A program made the position numbers and the translations under genes. This document shows positions 40,995-53,196 of a DNA stretch of 64,000 bases, in pieces. The stretch lies in assembly GCF_009914755.1 (NCBI RefSeq), contig NC_060934.1; one strand, written 5' to 3'. The notes beneath the pieces are model-generated. The model did no database searches, had not been told where the DNA came from, and saw only the letters and a program-made list of their open reading frames with translations. The stretch is from the human T2T-CHM13v2.0 reference genome, Homo sapiens. Each line of letters begins with the position of its first letter. The first letter of the stretch is position 1.

Positions 40995-41581
40995 CACTCT
41001 GGCGAGAGGAGGTGGCAACCTGTTGGGAAACAGAAGCCTGGTGGTGAGGGCCTGCCATGCGTCCCACTGCCCCTCAGCGTCACCACACTCCTCTGGGGCT
41101 GCCTGTAGGAATCCGGTGCCCTGAGAGCAATTTGAAGTCTACAGAGCCCAGACCAGAGCTCAGACTGCTGGGATCTTTTCTTCCTGTTCAGGTTAAAAAC
41201 CCCAAAGGCTTAAGATTTTATCATTATCGTTTCAGAATGTGCACAGATAAGAGAACCTAACCTAACAAACACTGGTCAGAGGAAGGCTGGGTTTAAAACC
41301 AGGATCGGCCACGCACTGACCATGGGACCTTTGGCAAGGCCACCTCTCCAGGCCTCCACTTACCCATCCATAAAACAGGGTTATAAATACCCCTGGCCGG
41401 GATGTTGTAGGAAATGCATGAAATAACCCCTGAATCCCTTTATAAATGCAAAGCCCTCTACAGACAGCCCTGGTCTCTAACCCATAGGGAGGCTGTGCAA
41501 GTTCAGGCTGGGAATTGCCCTCAAAAATAAACAAAGCCCTTGTGTTTTGTCTCAAACCCAAGGGCAGCTGCTCTCTCTTAC

Positions 41582-41775
41582 CTGGAGCTGAGGAGGTCTG
41601 GGGGTGGCAGGAGAATGGATGAGCAGGGACAGTCCAGTCCAAAGGAAGCCCCTGGGAAGCTTGGGGGCCGAAGGGTGGAGGGTCCGGCAGGGGGTCCAGC
41701 GTGGGGTCGCTGGGAGGAGGACAGTGCACTGAGTCTCACAGTCCACCGTAGCAGGCTCTTCCCTGAGCAGTGTGA
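41582..41775 (-). other. DEPP1: DEPP1 exon 1 (non-coding; start approximate)
   Basis: Minus-strand donor CAG|GTAAGA at 41582/41581; TATA box ~25-30 nt upstream; no upstream ATG seen in the exon. Confidence 0.8.
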
Positions 41776-41797
41776 AGAACCTTCGCAGGCAAGCTGC

Positions 41798-41804
41798 TTT
41801 TATA
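41798..41804 (-). promoter_or_regulatory. DEPP1: DEPP1 TATA box (TATAAAA)
   Basis: Plus-strand TTTTATA just upstream of exon 1 on the - strand. Confidence 0.7.
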
Positions 41805-44194
41805 CCTTCCCAGCAGCTATCAATCACTGTCACGAGGGCCAAAAATAGCCTGCTCGGAAGGCTGTCTTAGGAAAACAGCTTGGTGGGCGGGGCCTGGCCC
41901 AGCTGCCAGCTTGGAGGTGTTTTTCTGCCTGTAGGAGGCTGGGGAATGTTTACGCTGCAGGGCAGGAAAGGGGTGGGTTCACTGCTGGTCAAGTAGGGGC
42001 ACTGGGAGAGGGAGGGGTTCCACTGGGCCCTCACAGGTAGCCCCAGGGCCACCCCTGCCCCAAAGCTTGTTTCCCACTCTGTGTTACACCACCCCATCAT
42101 GACTCCTGTGAAGTTGGGCCAGGTCCTTGGCAACTTTGATGAAAAATCAGCAGCACAGGACCCCAGTCTGGAGGCAGCTGAGGCTGGGTCCCTAGGCCTG
42201 CTCCTAGGAGAGACACACCCTGCTCGCAAGGGACCAAGGGCGGTCTGCGGGGTCTGACCCTGGTCTTCTTACACCCCAGATGGGGTGCTTTCGGAGGATT
42301 TGTTTGTTTACTTGTTCACCAGATATGAGGTGCTAGTGTGTGCTGTGAATGCACTAAGCACAGCAAACGTAGCAGCGGACAAAGGTGTGGCCCCCTGGAG
42401 CTCATATTCTAGTAAGGGAGGAGATCAAGCCAGAGATGAATGGGTGCTGTGATTCAGGCAACAGCAAGAACTGCCTGAAGGAAAGCAGCGCAGTGGCATG
42501 CTGTGGTGGGCTGCCGCCACAGGTACAGTGGTCAGGGGTGTCTTCCCTAAGAGCAGATATTGGAGCAGAAACCTGAAAAAAATGGGAAAATGCACATTCC
42601 AGGTGGCAGGGGCAGCACGTGCAAAGCCCCTGTGGTGAGGGCGCGCCGGACAGACATGCTCAGGGCACAGCAAGGGGCCTGCAGACTGGCCCATGTAGGA
42701 GGGGGTCAGTGGACCTTGGGGTGGATGCTGTGTTTCCCTCTAGGAGGGAGGGAAAGACTGCAGGGTTTGAACAAGGGCACTGCAGTCTGGCTTCTGCTTC
42801 AAAGGATCGCTGCAGCTGCTGGGACTGGGCTGGGGCTGGGGCTGGGGGGCTGCCAAGGAGCACCTGGGCAACATTAGAAAGCCACTGCATCTGTCCAGGA
42901 GTGACCATGCCAGCAAAGGAGGCTGCCAAGGATGAGAGAGGCAGCCCCTGGGAAGCTCCTGCACTCCCCAGACAGGCCACAGATCCTCTGCCCCAGCCAC
43001 AGCCCCACCTGGAACACGCCTGCCTGTGCTGCAGGTGGGGGAGAAAGAGGAGTCTTGAGAGTTAGCCCAAGCCTGAGCTCTGAGTACTGGGCAGACCCCA
43101 GACTCCCTAGGCAAGCAAGAGGGACCGGCAGTCCCAAGTTCTTGAATTCTAGGTGGGAACTCCATGTGCACAAAGGCATCGGGGCAGGGAGTGCCTGAGA
43201 CAGTGACCAGGATTTCAGTGGCACATGGCACTTCTCACCTTGCCCAAGCTCTTATATCTTTTGTAGACCCTTTGTCTAGTTCGCTGGCTCTTCTTTGAAT
43301 TTATTAGCAATGAGCAGATTAGTCAAGAGACCAAAAGAGGGAGGGAGGCGGAGAATTCGCTGCTGGCTGACGGGGCTTTCCCTCCATTCAGATGCGGCCA
43401 AGCTGGGGGAGGGTGAACAGTGGGCGGCTATGTTGGGGGCACACACATCACCTGTGTAGGCATGTCTGGCCTGAGTCATGGAGAGCCAGCCTGTCCCCAG
43501 TACAGCCAAGCCCCCGACCTTGTCCAGGCAGGTCCTGAGGTCAGGGCCACCTGCTCAGCTTTCCTCCCTGTCCCCCTTCACTCGTCTTCCAGGGTGCAGT
43601 GCACAAGCACCTCCTCCAAGAAGCTCCATTGCATCTCCTTCTGTGTCCAAGCCCGAGCCCCTCGTGGCCAGGGCTGTGTCTGCTCCATCTTCCTCTGCCT
43701 GGCGTCCAGGGTGGGGCTGGAGGGCAGTGGGTCTCCATGAGTGAGCCATCCCCACAAGCTCTCTCCACTGAGAGGCACCCGAGACCAAGAGGCAAGAACA
43801 GAACCCCCCATAGACCTTTGAACTCCATAGATCCATGCTGGCCTCTCCTTCATAGGAAGCTCAGTGACACATCTGTGCTTGTAGAGCACCAGTGAGTATC
43901 AAAAACAGCTCTGGTTTCTGCTTGTTTGTTTTCCTTTTTAGCAGATAGTGCAAGGTCATATCTGGAAGCTGTGTGTATATTTGATAACCTTTGGATACAC
44001 TATTTTCTCTGTGGATGGCAGGATGTTTGAACCTAGAAACCCCATTTCTAAGTTACCATGAAATCCACATTGTGCAGGGTCTTCCTGAGTGCTGCCAGGG
44101 ATACAAAGAAGTTTCCATGGCGTCCCTGTTCTCACAGGGCTTTTAGTGCCAACGAGGAGAGAGAAATGGGATTTGTGAATCTAAAATATGGGTC

Positions 44195-44475
44195 AGAAAT
44201 ACTGCATGATTCCCTTATATAAGGAATCTAAAATAGGCTCATAGAGGCAGAGAGTGAAAATGGTGGTTGCAGGGACTGGGGCAGGGGAGGAGGAAGTGGA
44301 GAGTTGCTGTGCAGCTGATATAATGTTTCAGCTATGCAAGATGAGTAAGTCCTGGATATGGGCTGGACAACGTTGTGCCTACAGTGAACAATACAGTATT
44401 GTGCACTGAACAGTTTGTTTAGAGGGTAGTTCTTATGTTAAATGTCCTTATCACAATAAAACATAAATAATAAAA
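44195..44475 (+). mobile_element. L1M 3' end fragment
   Basis: AAATACTGCATGATTCCCTTATATAAGG...AACAATACAGTATTGTGCACT...AATAAA-rich tail. Confidence 0.65.
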
Positions 44476-45484
44476 TTAAATGTTGGTTGAGATGGCAATG
44501 AGAGAATGATATTCAAAGTTAATTGTGGGAAGACTAGTGTCAGAGCACATTAGGAGTGTGTAGTTTCGAGACTGCGGCTCTGGGTAGAGGGCAGCCGAGG
44601 TTGCTGGCAAGTATTCTGGCAAATGACTCAGCTTGGCCAGGCTTACACACAGAGTGACCGGGATTGGCACAGAGGCCTGGGGTGGTCTCGCAGAGACAGA
44701 GGCCTGGAATAGGTCAGAGGCACTGAATCAAGGGCCCAAGGGGTGCCAACCAGCACTACTAGCAAGGTGCGTGCAGAGGACTCTGTTGATTAGGGCCCCA
44801 GGTTGGCAGCAGGAGAGAAGCCATGTCACCTGCAGACCTAGGGAAACCGAGGGAGGTTGGGGACATGGGATGAAGGCTGTTGTAGAAATTCTGGTATGGG
44901 ATATAGGGCTAGTGATGTCTAAGCAGTGGTGAGAAAAGCAAGACCCTTTGTCAGCCCTGGCAAGTGGACGCTGCTGCTGTTGGAAGGCACCGGGAGAAGG
45001 GTGAGGCTGAGACACAGCTAGGACAGAGAGTGCCCACTTCTGCTCTGGTGGGTGTGGGACCCTGCCGGGCCTGGTGGCCATAGGACCTGGTGGCGCAGGA
45101 CCCCCTCCCAGGTGCAGTGTGGGCAGAGAGGTCCCCTGCTTGGCATGAGCAGACAGGCTGTGCGTCCCTGGAACCACTTCTTCACCGCGGTGTGGACGTG
45201 CCTGCCGGCCAGCAGCTGGCTTCCTGTGGGACACCTGACTCAGCCACTGTGTTCTGCGCTGTGCCCCTGGCCAGGCATGAGCTGAGCACATCTCAGGCTC
45301 CCTCCCACAGGGCCTGGTCACACGCCCCAGGGCACGTAGTGGCTGATGGTCCTTCCTGAGGGGATGGGGCCACTCAGGAGGAGGGATGTGCAAGGCCTGA
45401 GTGTTCAGAGCATCCCATCCCTAGGGGGCACAGGGAAGGTAGGCAGCTGCTCTGGGGGAAGGGCTGATGTGTGGACCCCCACAG

Positions 45485-45627
45485 GAAGAAGGGACTCTGA
45501 TCATCGAGGGGCTCCTCAACATTGCCTGGGGGCTGAGGCGGCCCATCCGGCTGCAGATGCAGGATGACCGGGAGCAGGTGCACCTCCCCTCCACCTCATG
45601 GATGCCCAGACGGCCTAGCTGCCCTCT
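45485..45627 (+). CDS. RASSF4: RASSF4 exon 4 ([28 protein letters not shown]...RPSCPL)
   Basis: CAG| acceptor, CT|GTGAGT donor; RASSF2/4/6-type N-terminal motif. Confidence 0.95.
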
Positions 45628-46985
45628 GTGAGTACCCGGTGGCTTCTGTGACACCTGCTCAGCCTGAGCTCCCGGGTTGGGGATATCCCGAGCCTCAGGG
45701 TGGGAGCCCTGTTCCCTTATGGGACACTGGCACAGGAGGGTGACCCAGCCTCATCCCCATGCCCTGTGACTGCCTCAGTCCACAGCCTCGCCCAGGGTGG
45801 CCTCTCCCTCCTTCCTGGAGAACATTCCAGGCTCCCATGACCTCTATTTCTGTTTCTCAAACCTTCCTGCAAGCCACCTTGCTGGCAAGAAGGGACGACT
45901 ACAGCCAGGGGGGCTCCCAACACCTATGCAAGCCGAACATGTCTCGCCATCTCTTGTTCTATCTTTAAAATTCACACGAATTTAGCCTCTTACTACTCTG
46001 TTTTCATTTTAATGTCAAAATTTTAAAAATAAATTTATCAGAATTTCACATTACATTTGTTTAATATCAGAATAATGTTTCTGTCAGGAGGAAATGGTCT
46101 CCTGCCTGCCTTACCATTCAATGCACATTTATCTCCTCCTCGGCCCACTCCCAAAAGACGCAGTTAGTAGCTGGGCCTTGCCTGCTTCTGCAGTAGTAAC
46201 TCCTGTAGAGGGCACACATTCAGAGCTTTGCCCCCTTCAGATTTCATATGAAACCCATGCTGTGACAGCACCCACCACCCTGACAGCCCCAGCACATACC
46301 TAGGTGTCCCCAGTCACTCAGCGAATTCTGAGGCACACAGAATTAGAGCATAAAGTCAGACTCCTTAGGAAGGCTGCAAGTGTGACTCACATGTGCCCCT
46401 CTTCGAGGTAAAGCACTCACAGACAGCAGTCGCGGCTGTGCCCGTGTATTCTCCAGGATCCCATCTGTCTTCTCTTCCCCAGGTCCCCTGGGCTACAGGG
46501 CTGTGCCCCATCATACCCACTCCTTCTCCAGCCCAGCACTAGCTACCCTGGCCTGGGGCTCATCCTGACAAGAGGCCTGGAGGTTGGGCCCTTCTAGGTG
46601 GCCCCTGCCTGACACCCCACTAGGCCTTCGGGAAGCCCAGCGAGCCTGTTTGGCACACAGCTGCTGGCCTGGCTAAGCCTGGTGTCTAGGAATGCGCAGG
46701 CCCTGACTATGTTCATGTGTCCGTGTGTCTGTGCGATGCAGCCCAGCACAAGCCCTCAGGTCTGCAGGGCCAGGCTCACTCTCCGTCCAGCAGATGCTGG
46801 GGGGAGGCCTCTACTTTTCTTTTATTGTTTCAGACTGACTCTCTTGGTTTGAAATCCAGGCCTCACCTCAGCCTGCCTTGCTTCCCGCCTGTGTCCTACC
46901 CCAGGGGCTGCTGGTCTCTTCTCCTTGGCCTGAGCTCCCTTTCTCTGCCGGCAGCCATCTCAGCCCTGCAGTTGTCTGTTTTCAG

Positions 46986-47077
46986 AAAGGAGCCATCGCC
47001 CCAGAACGGGAACATCACAGCCCAGGGGCCAAGCATTCAGCCAGTGCACAAGGCTGAGAGTTCCACAGACAGCTCGG
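46986..47077 (+). CDS. RASSF4: RASSF4 exon 5 (KEPSPQNGNITAQGPSIQPVHKAESSTDSS)
   Basis: TTTCAG| acceptor, G|GTAAGC donor, frame continuous. Confidence 0.93.
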
Positions 47078-47776
47078 GTAAGCGGAGCCCGCAAGCTGCC
47101 CAGACCCCTGCCTCATCCGGGGTAGGAGCAGAGGGGCTTGGCTCACAACCACAATCTCCGAAGGACAGCTTTGTGCCCCAGCCAACGAGGGGCTTCACCT
47201 GCTGGACCCCTACCCAGGTGCCTGCCTGTGAGGTGCTCTGCCCTCATTCTCGCTCCTTTTTATGGAAAAGTGAGCAGAGGCTTGGGAGGTGACAGTGACA
47301 GTGTGGGGGTGGCCTGAGTCCCCCGCCCTGTGTGTGCTATGGGAAACAGGAGCATCCACAGAAGGCACTGCGCTCTCCTGGCCCCTCACCTCCCTCTGCG
47401 ACCTCGTCCTCACCCTCTGTACCTGCTCACTCATCCTTTTTATTCCCCTTCCTTTAGCCCTCAGTGAAGGGCCTGTTTCAGAGCAGGGGCTCAGAAGACA
47501 GGGCTGGGGCCACCAAAGACCTCCATGGGCACCCTAAGACAGAGACCAAGAGGGGTATGGCCATGTGACATTGTGACCCAGGTTACCCTGTCTGGGTCTC
47601 ACCTTCCTATCTGCAAGCTGGGAATATCCAGCCTCCAGTCCAGGAATGGCCCTCACGTCCCCATCTGCCCCAGTGCACGTGACCACAGGGCTCTAGGGTG
47701 CCAGATCTCCCGACAGCAGGCAGTTGCTCTGTCAGCATCACCCACCCTGCCATTCTCTCACCCATTTCTCATGCAG

Positions 47777-47934
47777 GGCCCCTGGAGGAGGCAGAGGAGG
47801 CCCCCCAGCTGATGCGGACCAAGAGCGACGCCAGTTGCATGAGCCAGAGGAGGCCCAAGTGCCGCGCCCCCGGTGAGGCCCAGCGCATCCGGCGACACCG
47901 GTTCTCTATCAACGGCCACTTCTACAATCATAAG
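47777..47934 (+). CDS. RASSF4: RASSF4 exon 6 ([19 protein letters not shown]...[15 protein letters not shown])
   Basis: CAG| acceptor, AAG|GTGATG donor; conserved [10 protein letters not shown] motif. Confidence 0.95.
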
Positions 47935-50057
47935 GTGATGCCCCAGCCTGGCCTCTCCCCTGGGCGCATGGGGAGCCAGGCCTGAGCACAGGCACAGCAA
48001 GCACCATGACCTGTGTGGGGGCTGCTGGCATTCCTGTGCCCTCAGGAGGAAAAACCAGGTTGCATCCACATAACAGCCCCGTTTATGACCTAAGCATTTT
48101 CCAGCACATGCTCACTGTCAGTGCATCCTCACAAGTCACACAGAATTCTGGCAAGTAAGCTGGGGATGCCCTGGGCAGACAGTAACGCTGACCGTGTCTT
48201 CAATGAGGGCGCTTTCTAGGAGGCTTCCCCCCGAACTCGATTGGTTGATCCCTGGGAACACTGTGTATCCAGCCATCACTCTCACCGAATAATTAAGCAG
48301 GGGTGTGCCCAGGGCACATGTGTCTGTGCCCCAGAGAACCTGGACGACCCCAGATTCCCAGCACACAGCCTTTTGTCCAAGGATGCATTGTACTGACCTC
48401 AGGAAAAGCTTTCTTTCCCCAAATTACATCATTCTATAAACAAACTGAACTGTAGCAGGAGAAGTTGATTGTTACTGTAAATAGAATGATTGGCTGTCTG
48501 GGCAAGGCCCTGGATGGAGCGTCTTGTGACAGGCCATATCTTTCCCTCAGCACTGGGAAATGCAAGCCGAGATTTCCAGTTGAAGCAGCTGCCCTTCTTG
48601 ATAGAGGATGACTTATGGCAGGGAGGGGGCTCAGGAGGAGGGTCTCAGGGTCCGATCTGAAGGAGCAGGTGTCCCAGGTTAGGCTATCCAGGGGCCATTC
48701 AAGCCACACTTAGGGTGCCCTGGACTTTGGAATGTCTACTTTGGAATTCTGCTGGGCAAGCTGAAGGGACCCTGCTTTAATCTCAGGATCTCCCTTCCAC
48801 CCCCTGCTAGGCTTGTGGTGAGTGAATGAATGACAATAGGGTTGCCTTTGCTAAATCTGGAAAAATCCAGGACTATTCCAAAGTAGAGTCTCCTGAGAGA
48901 GTAAAGGGGACCCAGGATTGAAGTTAGGCAGAGATTAACAAAGGTGTAGATTAGCCCAAGGACACATAACATGACTTGAGTATTCTTTAAATCTTGTTCC
49001 AAAAGGGGTTTAGTGTGTAATGTGTTGGGTACCCATTGTTAGCATTCAAATAAATGTTGATATGCTAGTGTAAGGAATTATTCAAAAATTTTCCAAAATA
49101 TGTGCGTGGGTTTAGGTATTTTCCAGTTCTATGTTCCTTACCAAAAAAAGGGTGGGGGCAGGGATGTTTTGCTCCATGATTCAAAGTACTGAATGGTGGA
49201 GTTTAGCATTGGTACATTCGCTTCTCCTCGAAGGGTCTCATTCATCACTAAGAGGTGTGTCTGGTACATTAAACCTTATTGTAGTGATTGCCAGTGTCAT
49301 AGGAACACTGAGCTCTCTGCATGTCCTGAGCACTCTGCAGCCTTTGAAATGAACAGTGAGGGTTTTCATCGCAGCCTCTCATTTCCAACTGAACCACACT
49401 ATCAAGAAGAGCTACTCAGCCAGACAACATGGGGTCTCAGCCTGTCACCCAGTGAGGGCAGCTTTTCCTCCTAGTGACAGATTTGCCCTTGCAATGTGAA
49501 TCCATTCTTCCAGAAAAAAGTACTGCTTTCAAGGACACAGAATAGTGTCTTAAGCATTTGGGACAGTAGCTCCCCCACCTCCTGGGTAAGGGAAGTCCCA
49601 AAGAAAAGCACTATGCAAAAAGCCCTTTCTTACCACGCTCAACATCCATACAGAACTAATGTCCTTAGAAATGAGGGGACAGATTCCTTGAGTCAGAGGC
49701 AACAATTGAAAAAATAAATAATTCCTAGCATTGAATTTCTGAGATAGTTCCAGGTTTTGTTTCTTAGAACTGTGCACCATTACTTCACTCAGTCATTTTC
49801 CAAAACTGTTCTGATTCCCAGAAATGTTGGTTTTATTTCCAGACAGGGTGAAACTTTGTAGCTGTTTCTACTGCCTGACCTATTGGATTCAAATGCGTTC
49901 TGTTAGAGAGAAACCATTTGTGGTTAGAGATAAGAAAGTAGCCAGGGGGCCTTTGTTCCTACTTGGAGTTGGTTGGTATCATCTTGAGAAAAGGCTTCGT
50001 GCAGAAGAAACACAGTGTCTTGTTAACAAGACTTTTTGTCCCTTTGAAATAGCCTAA

Positions 50058-50360
<303 letters not shown>

Positions 50361-50487
50361 CTCTCTTCCATATTTCTTTGGACAAGAAAGCCTAATCCTA
50401 ATCCTGGCTTTCTGTATAACTCAGTCATTCTGCACCTCAACTAGAATCGAGCTGGGGGAAGCAGGTCGAGGTTGAGTCTGACTCTGG

Positions 50488-50921
50488 CACAGCGTGCTTC
50501 ATTTTATTGTGCTTCTTGTTACTGTACCTTGCAGATTTTTGCAAATGGAAGGTTGCTGAACAGCAACCTTCCATTTGCAAAAATGTGCACTTTTTTTTTT
50601 TTTTTTGCTGCACCTGCGGTTTCTGCAAATTGAAGGTGTGTGGCAACCTTGTGTTGAACAAGTCTATCGGTGCCGTTTTCCAACACTATGTGCTCACTTT
50701 GTGTCTCTGTGTCAGATTTTTTAGCAATAAAGTAGTTTTAATTAAGGCATGCATATTTTTTAGATGTAGTACTGTCTCACCCTTAAGAAACTACAGTATA
50801 GTATAAACATATCTTGTATATGCCCTGGGAAACCAAAACATTTGTGTGACTCACTTTATTGAGATATTCGCTTCATTGTGATGGTCTGGACCTGAACTCA
50901 CAATGGCTCCCAGGTGTGCCT
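50488..50921 (+). mobile_element. Internally deleted Tigger1-like DNA transposon (both ends fused)
   Basis: 5'-end-like AACAAGTCTATCGGTGCC...CACTTTGTGTCTCTGTGTCA joined to 3'-end-like TTTTAGCAATAAAGTA...GGGAAACCAAAA...GGTGTGCCTG. Confidence 0.75.
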
Positions 50922-52237
50922 GGACTTATCAGAGCGGGGATACTGAATAGGTCCTTGAGCTCTCTGAGCCTTAGCTACCTCCTTGGGAAAACAGAGCTAG
51001 GATCTCAGAGGAGGAATATGCGAATCTAAACTTGAGTTTGAAAAGCAAGGAGAGGTTCACCTGCAGAGGAGTCACATTCGCTGGGAGGCACCAGCACCAG
51101 GGGGGTAACATGTAGGTTTTCAGGAATCATGGAATCCTTTGAGTCAGGGCTCTGTCTTTTCTAGGTGGGTAACTCTGAACAAGCTGGTTAACCTCCTAAA
51201 GCCTCTGATTCCTTTCTAAGAAAAGGGGACTAGTTATAGCTGCCTCAAAGGGTTGTTATGAATATTAAATCAATGATTGTATGTAAAATCTTAGCGGGTT
51301 CAATACACAGCTAGGGTTTATTGAGGACGGACCTATTATGTGTCAGGCAGAGTCCTGGTTGATTTCATATATGGTGTCTCTTAGGCAAAGGCAAGATACC
51401 TGCAAAAATATAATGTGTCCCCCCACCCCCCAGCCAAATTGTGAAGAAGCTCTGTGACTGGAGCACATGGTGCTTGTTAGGCAACCATAGTGTCATACGT
51501 GCGAGACAATGAGAAGAACTACAGATGTTATTGCACAGTCCCCAGGAAGCCTTCAGATACTTTTAGACCCGCGCTTTCAAACAGTGCTTCTCACATTGAA
51601 CTGCACAGATCGCTTCGCCTTGTGTTCTACAGACGCAGACTCTGATTCAGATGGTATGGAGCAGGGTAGGGAAGGGAGCCGAGACTGTATGGATGCAGCT
51701 GGGCTAGACGTCACTTGGAGGTGCAAGGGTTTTAGAAGTCCGTTCCTGTAGGCAGCGGTGCAGACTACGGATTAGAGGGACTGAGACCAGAAGGGAACAA
51801 GCTGGGAAGCTGATATGGTGTGACCAGTGCCTCTACTAGGCACTGCTGGGAGAATGAAGAGGAGGAGACAGATTGGGTAACTTTCAGCCTTAGAATCAAC
51901 AGACAACTGGTGACTTAATCAATAGAAAGAGTGATGGAGAGACTGATTCCCCCACCCTTGTGAATGACTTCCATGGCCCTGGTTCCTCGGGTCCAGAGAG
52001 CTGGCCCTTCTGGGTGTGTAGACATCTTCCTTAGGCCTCTGGAAGGAGTGCACTACTACAGCTTCCCGGAGTGTCTCCCAGGTCTGGGAACAGCTTATGT
52101 GTGCATCAGCGTGAATGGACAGGTGCAGGTGTTCCCAGATCTCAGCGTCACCTGCTGCCTTGGTCTGTTCACCGTTGTGATGTCAGTCCCTTGTCCCCTC
52201 TGGGCCTGACCTGAACTTCTCTCCCTTCCTGGTACAG

Positions 52238-52339
52238 ACCTCCGTGTTTACTCCAGCCTATGGATCCGTGACCAATGTGAGGGTCAACAGCACCATGACA
52301 ACCCTGCAGGTGCTCACCCTGCTGCTGAACAAATTTAGG
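52238..52339 (+). CDS. RASSF4: RASSF4 exon 7 ([34 protein letters not shown]), RA domain
   Basis: CAG| acceptor, AGG|GTAAGC donor. Confidence 0.95.
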
Positions 52340-52633
52340 GTAAGCCTGGTCAGGAGCAGCCTTGCCCCAGGATGCCAGTGGTCTGCTATTCTGTTGGGGG
52401 TGGGGTTCTGGGGAAAGCTGCCCGTGGCAGAAGCTGCCTGGGCAGAAGGTCTAGCAAGGGTCCCTCTGCTGAGCTTTGGTTTCTCGGATTTCAAGCAAGA
52501 GGAGGTTGGGAGAGGACAGGTTCCTTGCAACTTGCGTGTGTGTTACTGGGGGTGTAGTTACTGTCAGGGGACCCTCTCAGTTCTCTCCCATCTCCAAGCA
52601 CCGTGATCTGACTTCCTGTGACTGCCTGTGCAG

Positions 52634-52685
52634 GTGGAAGATGGCCCCAGTGAGTTCGCACTCTACATCGTTCACGAGTCTGGGG
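52634..52685 (+). CDS. RASSF4: RASSF4 exon 8 (VEDGPSEFALYIVHESG), RA domain
   Basis: CAG| acceptor, G|GTAAGT donor. Confidence 0.95.
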
Positions 52686-52867
52686 GTAAGTACCTGCCCC
52701 ACTTCTGGATCGTAAAAGCAAAAGGTCTCTACCTGTTCAGCAAGCCCCCTCCCCACCAACCACTGACTGTACTCCCTTCCAGATGGGCTCCGTGCTGGCT
52801 TGCCTAGTGGGCTAGGGCACACTGTGCCTCCCAGCATGAACATTTCTCCCCCACCCAAACCCAGGCA

Positions 52868-52969
52868 CACTATGGAAGCCTTGAGGAAAAGAAAACATAC
52901 TTTTGGCTTCGAATTTAAAGCACATTAAAATGTCCTTGGATTTTCTAGGTCGCTCAGTACATTAAGTTT
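52868..52969 (+). repeat. Dispersed direct duplicate of 54788-54889 (RASSF4 intron 9/exon 10 junction)
   Basis: 102 bp identical except C52934 vs T54854; offset exactly 1920 bp. Confidence 0.95.
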
Positions 52970-53196
52970 AATTCTTTCAGGATTCTGAAGGAGAATCCCA
53001 CCAAGCTATAGGAAGCCTCCCTCTCCGCCTCTTCCAGAGAAATGGATGGGTGGGTACCTAGCTCCTTGGCGCCGAGTCAGGAAGGGTGGGGTGCGTGTCG
53101 CAGTGCATCAGGCCCTGGCCCTCCCGTCTCAGCTTTCCTTTCTCCCACCCCTCAGATCTTGTTTCTCTTCAAGCTGCACCTTTGCTGAATGACACT

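Noticed and set aside
40435-41108. 147- and 197-aa plus-strand ORFs
   Set aside because: Shadow ORFs antisense to the GC-rich DEPP1 CDS
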